The position numbers and the translations under genes were made by a program. The notes beneath the pieces are model-generated. The model was not told where the DNA came from and did not search any database. It worked only from the letters and a program-made list of their open reading frames with translations. 64,000 bases of DNA from Acidimicrobiia bacterium. GTDB lineage: Bacteria; Actinomycetota; Acidimicrobiia; Acidimicrobiales; JANYDT01. Below, piece after piece: positions 28,111-36,491 of the stretch; the first letter of the stretch is position 1; every line of letters begins with the position of its first letter. The stretch lies in contig JAYSSK010000057.1 in the NCBI GenBank assembly GCA_043720595.1, positions 65,381 through 129,380 of the forward strand, given 5' to 3'.

Positions 28111-28926
28111 ATGGCTGACCCCGTACGTGTTCGACTTGGCATCCGACCCGATCGAAGCGCAGGCTCGTTGGACCTTCCCTCGCTGATTGAACGACTGAAC
28201 GCAGCGTTGCGATTGCGCACCACGCCGATCGGCATGAAGATGTTCGAGACGGTCGAGGCGATGGAAGCCATCCCGAAGGTCAGACGTCCGACGGCGATCC
28301 ATACGACTGATCAGATCGTCGGCCAGGCAGCCCGGCTGGGTTGGACGGTCGGGATCACAGCCGCAGACCTCGTTGGTCCGCAGTGTTCCACGGTGATCGG
28401 CCTGACCCCGAGGAGCGAGGAGTGGCTGAGCGGTAAGCAGATGAACGGCGTGTGGTTCTCCTCCATCGAAGATGCAGCGGCGCATCAGGACGCGATGGAC
28501 TGTGTGCCCTTCGGCTGCTATGAGGCAATGGCGGTTTCGCCGTTGACGAGCGGGCGGTTGAACCCGCCGGACATTTGCCTCATCTATGCCACCCCGGCGC
28601 AGATGATCCTGCTCATCAACGGGTTGCAGTGGAGTGGGTTCCGCAAGCTCGAATGGGGCTGTGTCGGCGAATCTGCTTGCGCAGACTCATGGGGACGCGC
28701 GTTGGCCACCGGCGAGCCGTCGCTATCCATCCCGTGCTTCGCGGAGCGGCGGTACGGCGGGGTGATGGAGGACGAGCTTCTGATGGCTATGCCGCCGTCG
28801 TATCTGCCAGGTGCGATCGACGGGCTGGAAGCCTTGGCTCGCAACGGCCTGCGGTACCCGATTCCGCCCTACGGTGTGCAGAGCGATGCTTCTGCCGGGC
28901 TTGGCCGCAGCTATCCGAAAAGCTGA
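28111..28926 (+). CDS. DUF169-like protein
   Basis: PIGMKMFE..., a central Cys-containing core and PDICLIYATPAQMILLINGLQW resemble DUF169. Start uncertain. Confidence 0.6.
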   Translation: MADPVRVRLGIRPDRSAGSLDLPSLIERLNAALRLRTTPIGMKMFETVEAMEAIPKVRRPTAIHTTDQIVGQAARLGWTVGITAADLVGPQCSTVIGLTPRSEEWLSGKQMNGVWFSSIEDAAAHQDAMDCVPFGCYEAMAVSPLTSGRLNPPDICLIYATPAQMILLINGLQWSGFRKLEWGCVGESACADSWGRALATGEPSLSIPCFAERRYGGVMEDELLMAMPPSYLPGAIDGLEALARNGLRYPIPPYGVQSDASAGLGRSYPKS

Positions 28927-28929
28927 CCC

Positions 28930-29436
28930 TTACAAAGCCGGCTCGTGCAGCAACGTTGCGAGCGAATATCCGAGCGCCAAGTCGTCGACGACACCGAAGT
29001 GACTCAGGCGAAGTCGCCCTGCTCGATCGAAGAGCAGCAGCGAAGGAGTCCCTTGAAGTTGATAGGTGTGCATAGTTCGTGGGATGGGACCGTCGGTGGA
29101 CGGTTCGTCGATGCCAACCGGAAACGATATTCGATTCTCGTGCAGGAACGCTTTTAAGACGTCGGACTGTCCCTGAGCGCTGTGATGCTCGAAGACGGTG
29201 TGGAGCCCGATCACTGCAAGCTCGTCACCCGCAAACTGTTCGTGGACCCGTTGCACCTGAGGTAACGCCCGTGCGACGCAGCCCGGGCAGAGCAATTGAA
29301 ACGCCTCGACCACAAGTACGCGTCGTGCGACAGTCGCAAGATCGAACCCCGGCACGCAGTTGATCCATTCGCGAACCTGCAATGGGTGCGAATCGAGGGT
29401 AGGAGTTGAAGGGTCAGTTGCGTGGCGTTGGTTCAT
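28930..29436 (-). CDS. thioredoxin-fold redoxin (TlpA/AhpC-TSA-like, CPGC motif), no signal peptide
   Basis: VVEAFQLLCPGCVARALPQ, FPVGID and GTPSLLLFDRAGRL. Confidence 0.75.
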   Translation of the reverse strand: MNQRHATDPSTPTLDSHPLQVREWINCVPGFDLATVARRVLVVEAFQLLCPGCVARALPQVQRVHEQFAGDELAVIGLHTVFEHHSAQGQSDVLKAFLHENRISFPVGIDEPSTDGPIPRTMHTYQLQGTPSLLLFDRAGRLRLSHFGVVDDLALGYSLATLLHEPAL

Positions 29437-29454
29437 GTTCGGGTGGGAGTTCGA

Positions 29455-30462
29455 TCAACCAGAGGTGACCGTCGAAACGAACTTCGACATGAGGTGGCGG
29501 CCGGCCAGAACTGGTTTGTATCTGGGTGCCTCGCCGTGAGCAAGACAAGACGGAATGCACGCAATCTCGGCATCCCAGTTGGCGTTGTGGAAGAACGCAA
29601 TGGACTGACGTCGGGTGGAGCCTTGGGCATCGGGAGGCGGGTTGACGACCCGGTGCAAAGTGGACCGCCACCGGTCGTTGGTCCACCGGGCCAGACAATC
29701 GCCCACGTTGACAACGAATGCACCGTCGATCGCGTCGACCGGCAACCACGTGTCGTCGACGGAACGGACTTCCAGCCCACCGGGTTTTTGCTCCTGGCGA
29801 AGGATGGTGAGCGTGCCGTAGTCGGTGTGCGCGCCGGCACGAAGTTGACCCGGAAGCGGTTGGGTGCTGTTGTGCGGATAATCTAGGACGCGTAGAGCGC
29901 TGGTGTGTGCGCTGATGAATGGTTGGAAGAAGTCGGCTGTTTGCCCGAGCGCCCTGGCCATCAAGGACATGATCGTCTCGCAGAGCGTGCTCATCGCCGT
30001 GTAATAAGCCTCCATGGTCGGGCGAAACCGCGCAGGCGAACTTGGCCACTGATTGGCACTTCGAATCCAGATCTCATCGGGGTCTGCGAGCGAATGCGCA
30101 ACGGGGGTTATGGGCCCGATTGAATAGCTGTGTTTGCGGTCGGGTGGCGTGTTGTCGCCCAGCGACGACGCCAAACGCTCCACCGCGTATCCCTGGTAGC
30201 CGTACGGATAGCCCGGGTGGGGCATCGCGACCGAGTCACGTACGGCTGGGGGTTCGTCGAAGAATTGGCTGGCAAGGGCCCACGCGGCATCAGTCAACTC
30301 GACATCTACACCGTGGCCGATGACCTGAAAGAAGCCCACGCGCTCGCACGCCGAGGCGATCTCAATAGCCGCGTCGGCTCTACGGAGATCGATCACCGGA
30401 ACCATGTGCGCGGACATGGTTGACAGGCTAACGCTGGAAGCGAGCGAAGCCGCGTTCGTCAC
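29455..30462 (-). CDS. 2-oxoglutarate/Fe(II)-dependent oxygenase (isopenicillin-N-synthase family)
   Basis: N-terminal VPVIDL...GFFQVIGHGV. HxD...H facial triad region (GAHTDYGTLTIL ... STLHRV). The likely true start is ATG 30405 or 30417 within the ORF. Confidence 0.85.
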   Translation of the reverse strand: MTNAASLASSVSLSTMSAHMVPVIDLRRADAAIEIASACERVGFFQVIGHGVDVELTDAAWALASQFFDEPPAVRDSVAMPHPGYPYGYQGYAVERLASSLGDNTPPDRKHSYSIGPITPVAHSLADPDEIWIRSANQWPSSPARFRPTMEAYYTAMSTLCETIMSLMARALGQTADFFQPFISAHTSALRVLDYPHNSTQPLPGQLRAGAHTDYGTLTILRQEQKPGGLEVRSVDDTWLPVDAIDGAFVVNVGDCLARWTNDRWRSTLHRVVNPPPDAQGSTRRQSIAFFHNANWDAEIACIPSCLAHGEAPRYKPVLAGRHLMSKFVSTVTSG

Positions 30463-30560
30463 GCGTCGAGTCGCCAGCCGGTTGCCCCGAACCCGTGAAC
30501 AGCAAATAGCTCAGTGGCCCGCTGCAAGATGCGTGCGCGCCGCTCTCGTCAGGCTAGGAA

Positions 30561-31682
30561 GTGACGATGCCTACCGTCACAGACCGAGAAGTTGCACTCA
30601 TTCGCGATCCGCGGTCGATCACACCAGAGTGGCTTTCCCGGGTATTGCTAGCGGAAGGTTCCTTGCCGACAGGTGCGAGGGTGATCGGTGCCCCGTATGA
30701 GCTCATTGGTGTCGGCGTGGGTGTGCTCAGTCGCATCTATCGCGTTTCCCCGCAGTACTCGCAGGTGGTGCCCGCAGCGCCGGCTTCAGTGATCGTGAAG
30801 ATTCCCACTGACAACGAAGCGAACCGGTTCACCGCTGACCTGCTCAGCGCGTTCAGACGTGAGATGGTGTTCTACAGCGAGTTCGCTCAGTCCGCACCGT
30901 TCCGCATCCCCCGATGTTTTGCCGCCGTTCAGGCAAGCGACAACTCGGACTTCACGCTGGTGATGGAAGACCTGGCAGGCATGAGATTCCAGGACCAGCT
31001 GGAGGGCTCCAGTTGGACGGACACGATCGCTGCGATTCAGGCAATAGCGTCGTTTCACGCTGCGTGGATGAACGCAGAGCACCCGTACCCTGACCTCTAC
31101 CTGCCGCTACTGAACGACGGTTACCTGGCGCTGCTTCCAATGCTGTTCAATCAGAACTGGGGGATGGCCAAGGAGATTTTCGCCGACCTGCTGACCGATG
31201 ATGTGCGTCGGTTCGGCGACACTTGGGGTGAGCACTGCGCGTTCATGTTGGCTGGGTTGAACGCGCCATACACCACGATGGCGCACGGGGACTGGCGGGC
31301 CGACAATGTGTTGTTCGAGCCGGGCGTCGACGGAGCTGTGGTGGGCATCGATTTCCAGTTGCTGGGTGTCGGATGCGGAACGTACGACGTGGCCTTCTAC
31401 GTATCGCAATCGGTTGACCCGCACGAACGCCTGGGCCGTGACCGAGACCTGGTGCAGATATACGTCGACGCGCTCGCCGTTGCAGGAGTGACCGTCGACG
31501 TTGACATCGTCTGGACGCAGTACCGCCTAGGACTGCTGTTCTGCCTGGCCTATCCGGTAAACGGAGCATTGGGATACGAAGAAATGGCGCCTCGCGCAAA
31601 GTCCCTCATGCGGTCGATGTTCACGCGTGCTTCGGCAGCCATCAGCGAGACGAATGCAGTGGAGGTGTTGCCGCCTCGCTAA
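30561..31682 (+). CDS. phosphotransferase-family kinase (APH/ecdysteroid-kinase-like)
   Basis: Catalytic loop HGDWRADNVLF and the IDFQ motif. 373 aa. An alternative ATG at 30567 has better SD spacing. Confidence 0.8.
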   Translation: MTMPTVTDREVALIRDPRSITPEWLSRVLLAEGSLPTGARVIGAPYELIGVGVGVLSRIYRVSPQYSQVVPAAPASVIVKIPTDNEANRFTADLLSAFRREMVFYSEFAQSAPFRIPRCFAAVQASDNSDFTLVMEDLAGMRFQDQLEGSSWTDTIAAIQAIASFHAAWMNAEHPYPDLYLPLLNDGYLALLPMLFNQNWGMAKEIFADLLTDDVRRFGDTWGEHCAFMLAGLNAPYTTMAHGDWRADNVLFEPGVDGAVVGIDFQLLGVGCGTYDVAFYVSQSVDPHERLGRDRDLVQIYVDALAVAGVTVDVDIVWTQYRLGLLFCLAYPVNGALGYEEMAPRAKSLMRSMFTRASAAISETNAVEVLPPR

Positions 31683-31728
31683 GTCCCGGGGGCGGAGCGA
31701 CGGCTGAGTCCACCTGTGGCGGATGCTG

Positions 31729-32562
31729 TCAGATTGCGGCCCACAGGTCGGGGAGTGGGTCGCGGGGGATCGCGGCGCGGCGAGCGACCAGCCCGACCTT
31801 GATCACGGGCAGGCCCGTTGGTGTTGTGAGGGTGCGCACGCGCTGCCCGAGTGAACTGGCGTCGACCACCAGCTTGGGAACGATGGCGACGCCTCCGCCC
31901 ATGGCCGCCAACGCCAGGACCTCTTCGTTGGTTTCCGCTTCCCGAATGTCGACGTCGTTGCCGAGATGGCACCGCACCCACTTCTCAGACAATTCGCGCA
32001 ATAGGCCTTGCCGAGAAAGCACCACGGGATGTCCGATGAGCGCTTTGATTTCCGGGGTGGCAACCGCAACCATTGGAGTGGTGAGGAGTGGGGCTGAAAC
32101 AAGTCCGGCCGGAAGGCGGGCCGGGAGCGGCGCAATGGTGACATCCACTGTGCCATCGAGTACCGCTGGAATCGCTGCGCTGGCCGAACCTGTTCGCAGG
32201 TCCACCTGCACATCCGGCCGAGCGCGGCGGAACCGTGCGAACAACGGCGGCGCGATGAGCTGGCTGGCGGTGACGGTGCAGAACACGCGCAGCTGTATCA
32301 CCTCAGTTGTACGCGCGCTGACGATCACGGTGTCCCAATCATCGACCAAGCGTTGGAGCGACTCGAACACTTCGCCGGCATCGGGCGCGGGTCGCACCGA
32401 GCGCGCCTCGCGGAGGAAGAGTGGCCGTCCAACTGCCTGCTCGACCCGTTGGACCGCTCGTGAAACAGTGGATTGGCTGACGTGCAGGTCTCTCGCCACA
32501 ACACCGAAGCTGGGCCGGTGCCGTGCGGCCACGGTGAGGCGGATGTCGTCGAGTTCAGGCAC
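31729..32562 (-). CDS. LysR family transcriptional regulator, divergent from ilvC (IlvY-like arrangement)
   Basis: HTH FGVVARDLHVSQSTVSRAVQRVEQAVGRPLF plus a substrate-binding domain. Confidence 0.9.
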   Translation of the reverse strand: MPELDDIRLTVAARHRPSFGVVARDLHVSQSTVSRAVQRVEQAVGRPLFLREARSVRPAPDAGEVFESLQRLVDDWDTVIVSARTTEVIQLRVFCTVTASQLIAPPLFARFRRARPDVQVDLRTGSASAAIPAVLDGTVDVTIAPLPARLPAGLVSAPLLTTPMVAVATPEIKALIGHPVVLSRQGLLRELSEKWVRCHLGNDVDIREAETNEEVLALAAMGGGVAIVPKLVVDASSLGQRVRTLTTPTGLPVIKVGLVARRAAIPRDPLPDLWAAI

Positions 32563-32591
32563 ACGACGAGTCTATTCCAGATGTGCGGTCA

Positions 32592-32612
32592 CTGATCCGC
32601 TCTACGCATCAG
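32592..32612. promoter_or_regulatory. candidate LysR box (CTGAT-N11-ATCAG)
   Basis: A 5-11-5 inverted repeat in the LysR/ilvC divergent spacer. TACGCATSAG is repeated at 32603 and 32634. Confidence 0.3.
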
Positions 32613-32642
32613 CCTGGATCGAAATTGGCGCTTTACGCATGA

Positions 32643-33764
<1,122 letters not shown>

Positions 33765-33779
33765 TAGTTCCTGAAGAGA

Positions 33780-33808
33780 GCAGGACCCGCAGACGCTGCG
33801 GGTTCTGC
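33780..33808. terminator. 13-bp hairpin between convergent ilvC and the arsI-like gene
   Basis: gcaggacccgcag-acg-ctgcgggttctgc (one G-U pair). The T-tract is weak. Confidence 0.45.
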
Positions 33809-33879
33809 GATTCTCAGCGACACCACCACTCGGCCTTCGAACCGTCGGCCGACTCGCTTGAATGATGTTGTCGCCAGTG

Positions 33880-34332
33880 TCAGCAGCAGGGTGCTGCTTG
33901 GGTTTCAACGGCGACGAGCTCGTCGGGCTGGTCGGTTGTCGAGCAGCCGGTCGGCATGCACGCCATGTCCGGAGCGTCGCCGAGAACGGTGTAGATCTCC
34001 CACGCGATGTCGGGGCCCTGCACCCAAACCTTGTCCTGCACGGCATAGCAGCACGACGTGTTCCCCTGAACGTCAGTGGCAAGGCCGTTGTCCTGAGCTC
34101 GTTGGATGGCTTCGGTGACGAGGTCGGTGTTCTCGACCTCAACGCCGACGTGGTTCATCGTCCCCGGCACGCCACCACCTGCGATGAGCACCAGCTTCAA
34201 GGGCGGTTCGGCGATCGCGAAGTTGGCGTAGCCGTCTCGTACCTTGGCGGGTTCAGTGCGGAACAGTTTTGAATAGAACGCGATGGCTTCATCGAGGTCA
34301 CCGACGTTGAGCGCAAGTTGAATACGAGACAT
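33880..34332 (-). CDS. ArsI/CadI-family glyoxalase-fold protein (vicinal Cys pair)
   Basis: MSRIQLALNVGDLDEAIAFYSKLF..PAKVRDGYANFAIAEPPLKLVLI...NHVGVEV...TSCCYAVQDKVWV closely follows the ArsI/CadI pattern. The C-terminal tail is Cys-rich (CMPTGC...PCC). Confidence 0.8.
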   Translation of the reverse strand: MSRIQLALNVGDLDEAIAFYSKLFRTEPAKVRDGYANFAIAEPPLKLVLIAGGGVPGTMNHVGVEVENTDLVTEAIQRAQDNGLATDVQGNTSCCYAVQDKVWVQGPDIAWEIYTVLGDAPDMACMPTGCSTTDQPDELVAVETQAAPCC

Positions 34333-34348
34333 TTGGATCCTCCAATAG

Positions 34349-34404
34349 ATCGACGACTATCGATGTGTCTATCCTCGCGAACACATCGACGATTGTCAAT
34401 GTGT
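34349..34404. promoter_or_regulatory. tandem operator-like repeats upstream of the arsI-like gene
   Basis: ATCGACGACTATCGATGTGT (34349-34368) and ATCGACGATTGTCAATGTGT (34385-34404) are 16/20 identical. TCGATGTGT-N12-ACACATCGA and ACACAT-N12-ATGTGT are inverted repeats. The sites lie 17-72 nt upstream of the ATG. Confidence 0.4.
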
Positions 34405-34450
34405 TCGTTCGAGATCGAGCAATTCTTCAGATCGCAGTACTACTGCGTGG

Positions 34451-35578
34451 TCAGCTGGGAAGTGTCGTCCCAGTGAAGTTGAACTTGGGGGCCTCGAGTG
34501 CTACTAAGCGCACATAGAGGATGAGGGTCTCGTCCGGCCCGATGAGCGGCGGGCTCCCAAGTGTGCCGAAGCCGAATGTGGGTGGGATCACGATCCGGCG
34601 AAGTCCCCCGACCCGCATTCCTTGCATGCCCTCGTCGAAGCCTTTCACCACCTGATCGCGGCCGAGGGCTAGGCCCAGCAGCGGCGCCGAGTCTGCCCAG
34701 TTGGACTCGATGGCCGTTCCGGCTGACCACGTGGCCAGCACGAACTTCACGCCGACTTTCGAAGAAGCCCCAACCGTCTCGCCGTTGCCGGTTTCGATGT
34801 CTGTGATGGTGAGTTCAGTCGGCTTTGTGCCAGCGGGGACGTTCACCTTTGGCTCCGGCCCGATCCGTGCTTTGCGGTCCGGCGTCAGGGCGAATTCCAC
34901 CGGTACGTCGGCGGGCTGGTCCAGCTCGCTCATGGATGGCGGTGGGCCGATCAACTGATCGTCTGGCGCGAACACGATGGCGATGACCTGGTCTCGTTCA
35001 AGCGGAAGCGTGCGCGGCTTGCGAACCTCGACCGGCTCACTGTGGGTCGCTCCTCCGAACAGAAGGACGCGTACGGTCCCCTTTCTGCCGTTCGGGCACC
35101 GATCGCCGTTGCGTCTCGAGACGTTTCGTGCGGCGGCGTCGAGATACCCGTCGCCAAGCTTGATGCCTACCGCGTCAGTGAAACGCTGCAGCGTGGCATT
35201 GGCACCGGAAGCTCGATCCGTAAATGGATGGATGTGGATCAGACCATCTGCATGCGTATGAATACCATCAGGGTCCGGGAGTTCGGAGCCATCGATAGGG
35301 TCAAGATACCGATCACAGTCATAGATCCCGTAGGCAGCATGCCAGTGGTCGACGTTCGCCACCGGCCCGCCCCGCGTGGACTCGGAGGGGGACACCGAAG
35401 TCGTCCCCAAGATCGAAGTTCGAGTCGTGGGTCGCGCTGAGGGTCCAGTTATGCGTCGAGACGAGGGGCGGTCCGTCCCCGCAGCCGAACCGCTACCTGA
35501 CGAACAACTTGAAACGATGAGCGCCCCGCCGAGGAACCCGCAACCGACTAGTCCCCAAACCCCGCGCAAGAACCCCAT
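34451..35578 (-). CDS. lipoprotein with His-rich N-domain and C-terminal FKBP-type peptidyl-prolyl isomerase
   Basis: Lipobox LIVSSC. FKBP core GVKFVLATWS...GLALGRDQVVKGFDEGMQGMRVGGLRRIVIPP..GFG. Confidence 0.8.
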   Translation of the reverse strand: MGFLRGVWGLVGCGFLGGALIVSSCSSGSGSAAGTDRPSSRRITGPSARPTTRTSILGTTSVSPSESTRGGPVANVDHWHAAYGIYDCDRYLDPIDGSELPDPDGIHTHADGLIHIHPFTDRASGANATLQRFTDAVGIKLGDGYLDAAARNVSRRNGDRCPNGRKGTVRVLLFGGATHSEPVEVRKPRTLPLERDQVIAIVFAPDDQLIGPPPSMSELDQPADVPVEFALTPDRKARIGPEPKVNVPAGTKPTELTITDIETGNGETVGASSKVGVKFVLATWSAGTAIESNWADSAPLLGLALGRDQVVKGFDEGMQGMRVGGLRRIVIPPTFGFGTLGSPPLIGPDETLILYVRLVALEAPKFNFTGTTLPS

Positions 35579-35747
35579 TTCACGAGGCTAGTTCCGAGTT
35601 CAACGAATCGCAGCCACTCGGTGGCGAGGTGCCGGGAGCGGCTGCACCCAACGATCCACCGCGTCGACAACTTCACCGATCGTCTCCATCTCAGTTTCCA
35701 TTCTCGACGTGTTGGGCCATGTCTCGTGCCGCCCGATCCACCTGCGC

Positions 35748-36491
35748 TCATCGGACGTTCCGTGCGGATACGTTGAGATCCACAGGGCCTTTTACACCGT
35801 CCACCGTGGCGCGGAACGAAACCTGCCAGAGGTCCCATCGGTCTCCGCCCGGACGCCGGAAAAGACGGCGGGTCCAAAGACGTCGGTGCATTGCCTTGCC
35901 GATTCCGTAGTCGGCTTCGGTGTCGTGCAGGACGTACATGATGAGCGGTCGGCCCCAAGCCATCTCGACGATGTCGACGAATGCTTCAACTTCGACTTGA
36001 AGTTCAGCGGGGTTGGGGCGCTTCGAGCAGTTTCCGGCATATTCGATGTCGAGCGCAGGTGGAAGCCAGTCGGGTTGCGGTGGAGCCACCTGCAGGAAGT
36101 GCGTGGCCTGTTCTGCTCCAGAGCGACAGAAGGTGAAGAAGTGATACGCACCAATATCAAAGCCCTCGCCACGTGCAGCTTGGGCGTTGGCTTGAAACAA
36201 CCGGTCTGTGTGATCCCCGCCTTCGGTTGCCTTGATGTAGGCAAAGTCGATGCCATCTGAACGAACCTGCGCCCAGTCGATGCTGCCCTGGTGGTGGGAA
36301 ACATCGATGCCATACCGCTCGCCTGCTTGAAGCGCAGGGCGATAGTTCGGAATCACCAGCCACCACGCTACAGCAGCCAACGCGAAACCCACAGCGCACG
36401 CAATGGCAACAATCCGAACTGCCCGGTTGACGTGTGTCCATCGACCCGAACTCGCCTGTTCTGGCTGAGAATCGGGTAGCGCATTGGTCAT
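35748..36491 (-). CDS. GH25 muramidase (lysozyme) with N-terminal membrane anchor
   Basis: YGIDVSHHQGSIDW...GIDFAYIKATEG..., GAYHF and LPPALDIEY. TM helix IVAIACAVGFALAAVAWWLVI. The ATG overlaps the upstream TGA (ATGA). Confidence 0.9.
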   Translation of the reverse strand: MTNALPDSQPEQASSGRWTHVNRAVRIVAIACAVGFALAAVAWWLVIPNYRPALQAGERYGIDVSHHQGSIDWAQVRSDGIDFAYIKATEGGDHTDRLFQANAQAARGEGFDIGAYHFFTFCRSGAEQATHFLQVAPPQPDWLPPALDIEYAGNCSKRPNPAELQVEVEAFVDIVEMAWGRPLIMYVLHDTEADYGIGKAMHRRLWTRRLFRRPGGDRWDLWQVSFRATVDGVKGPVDLNVSARNVR

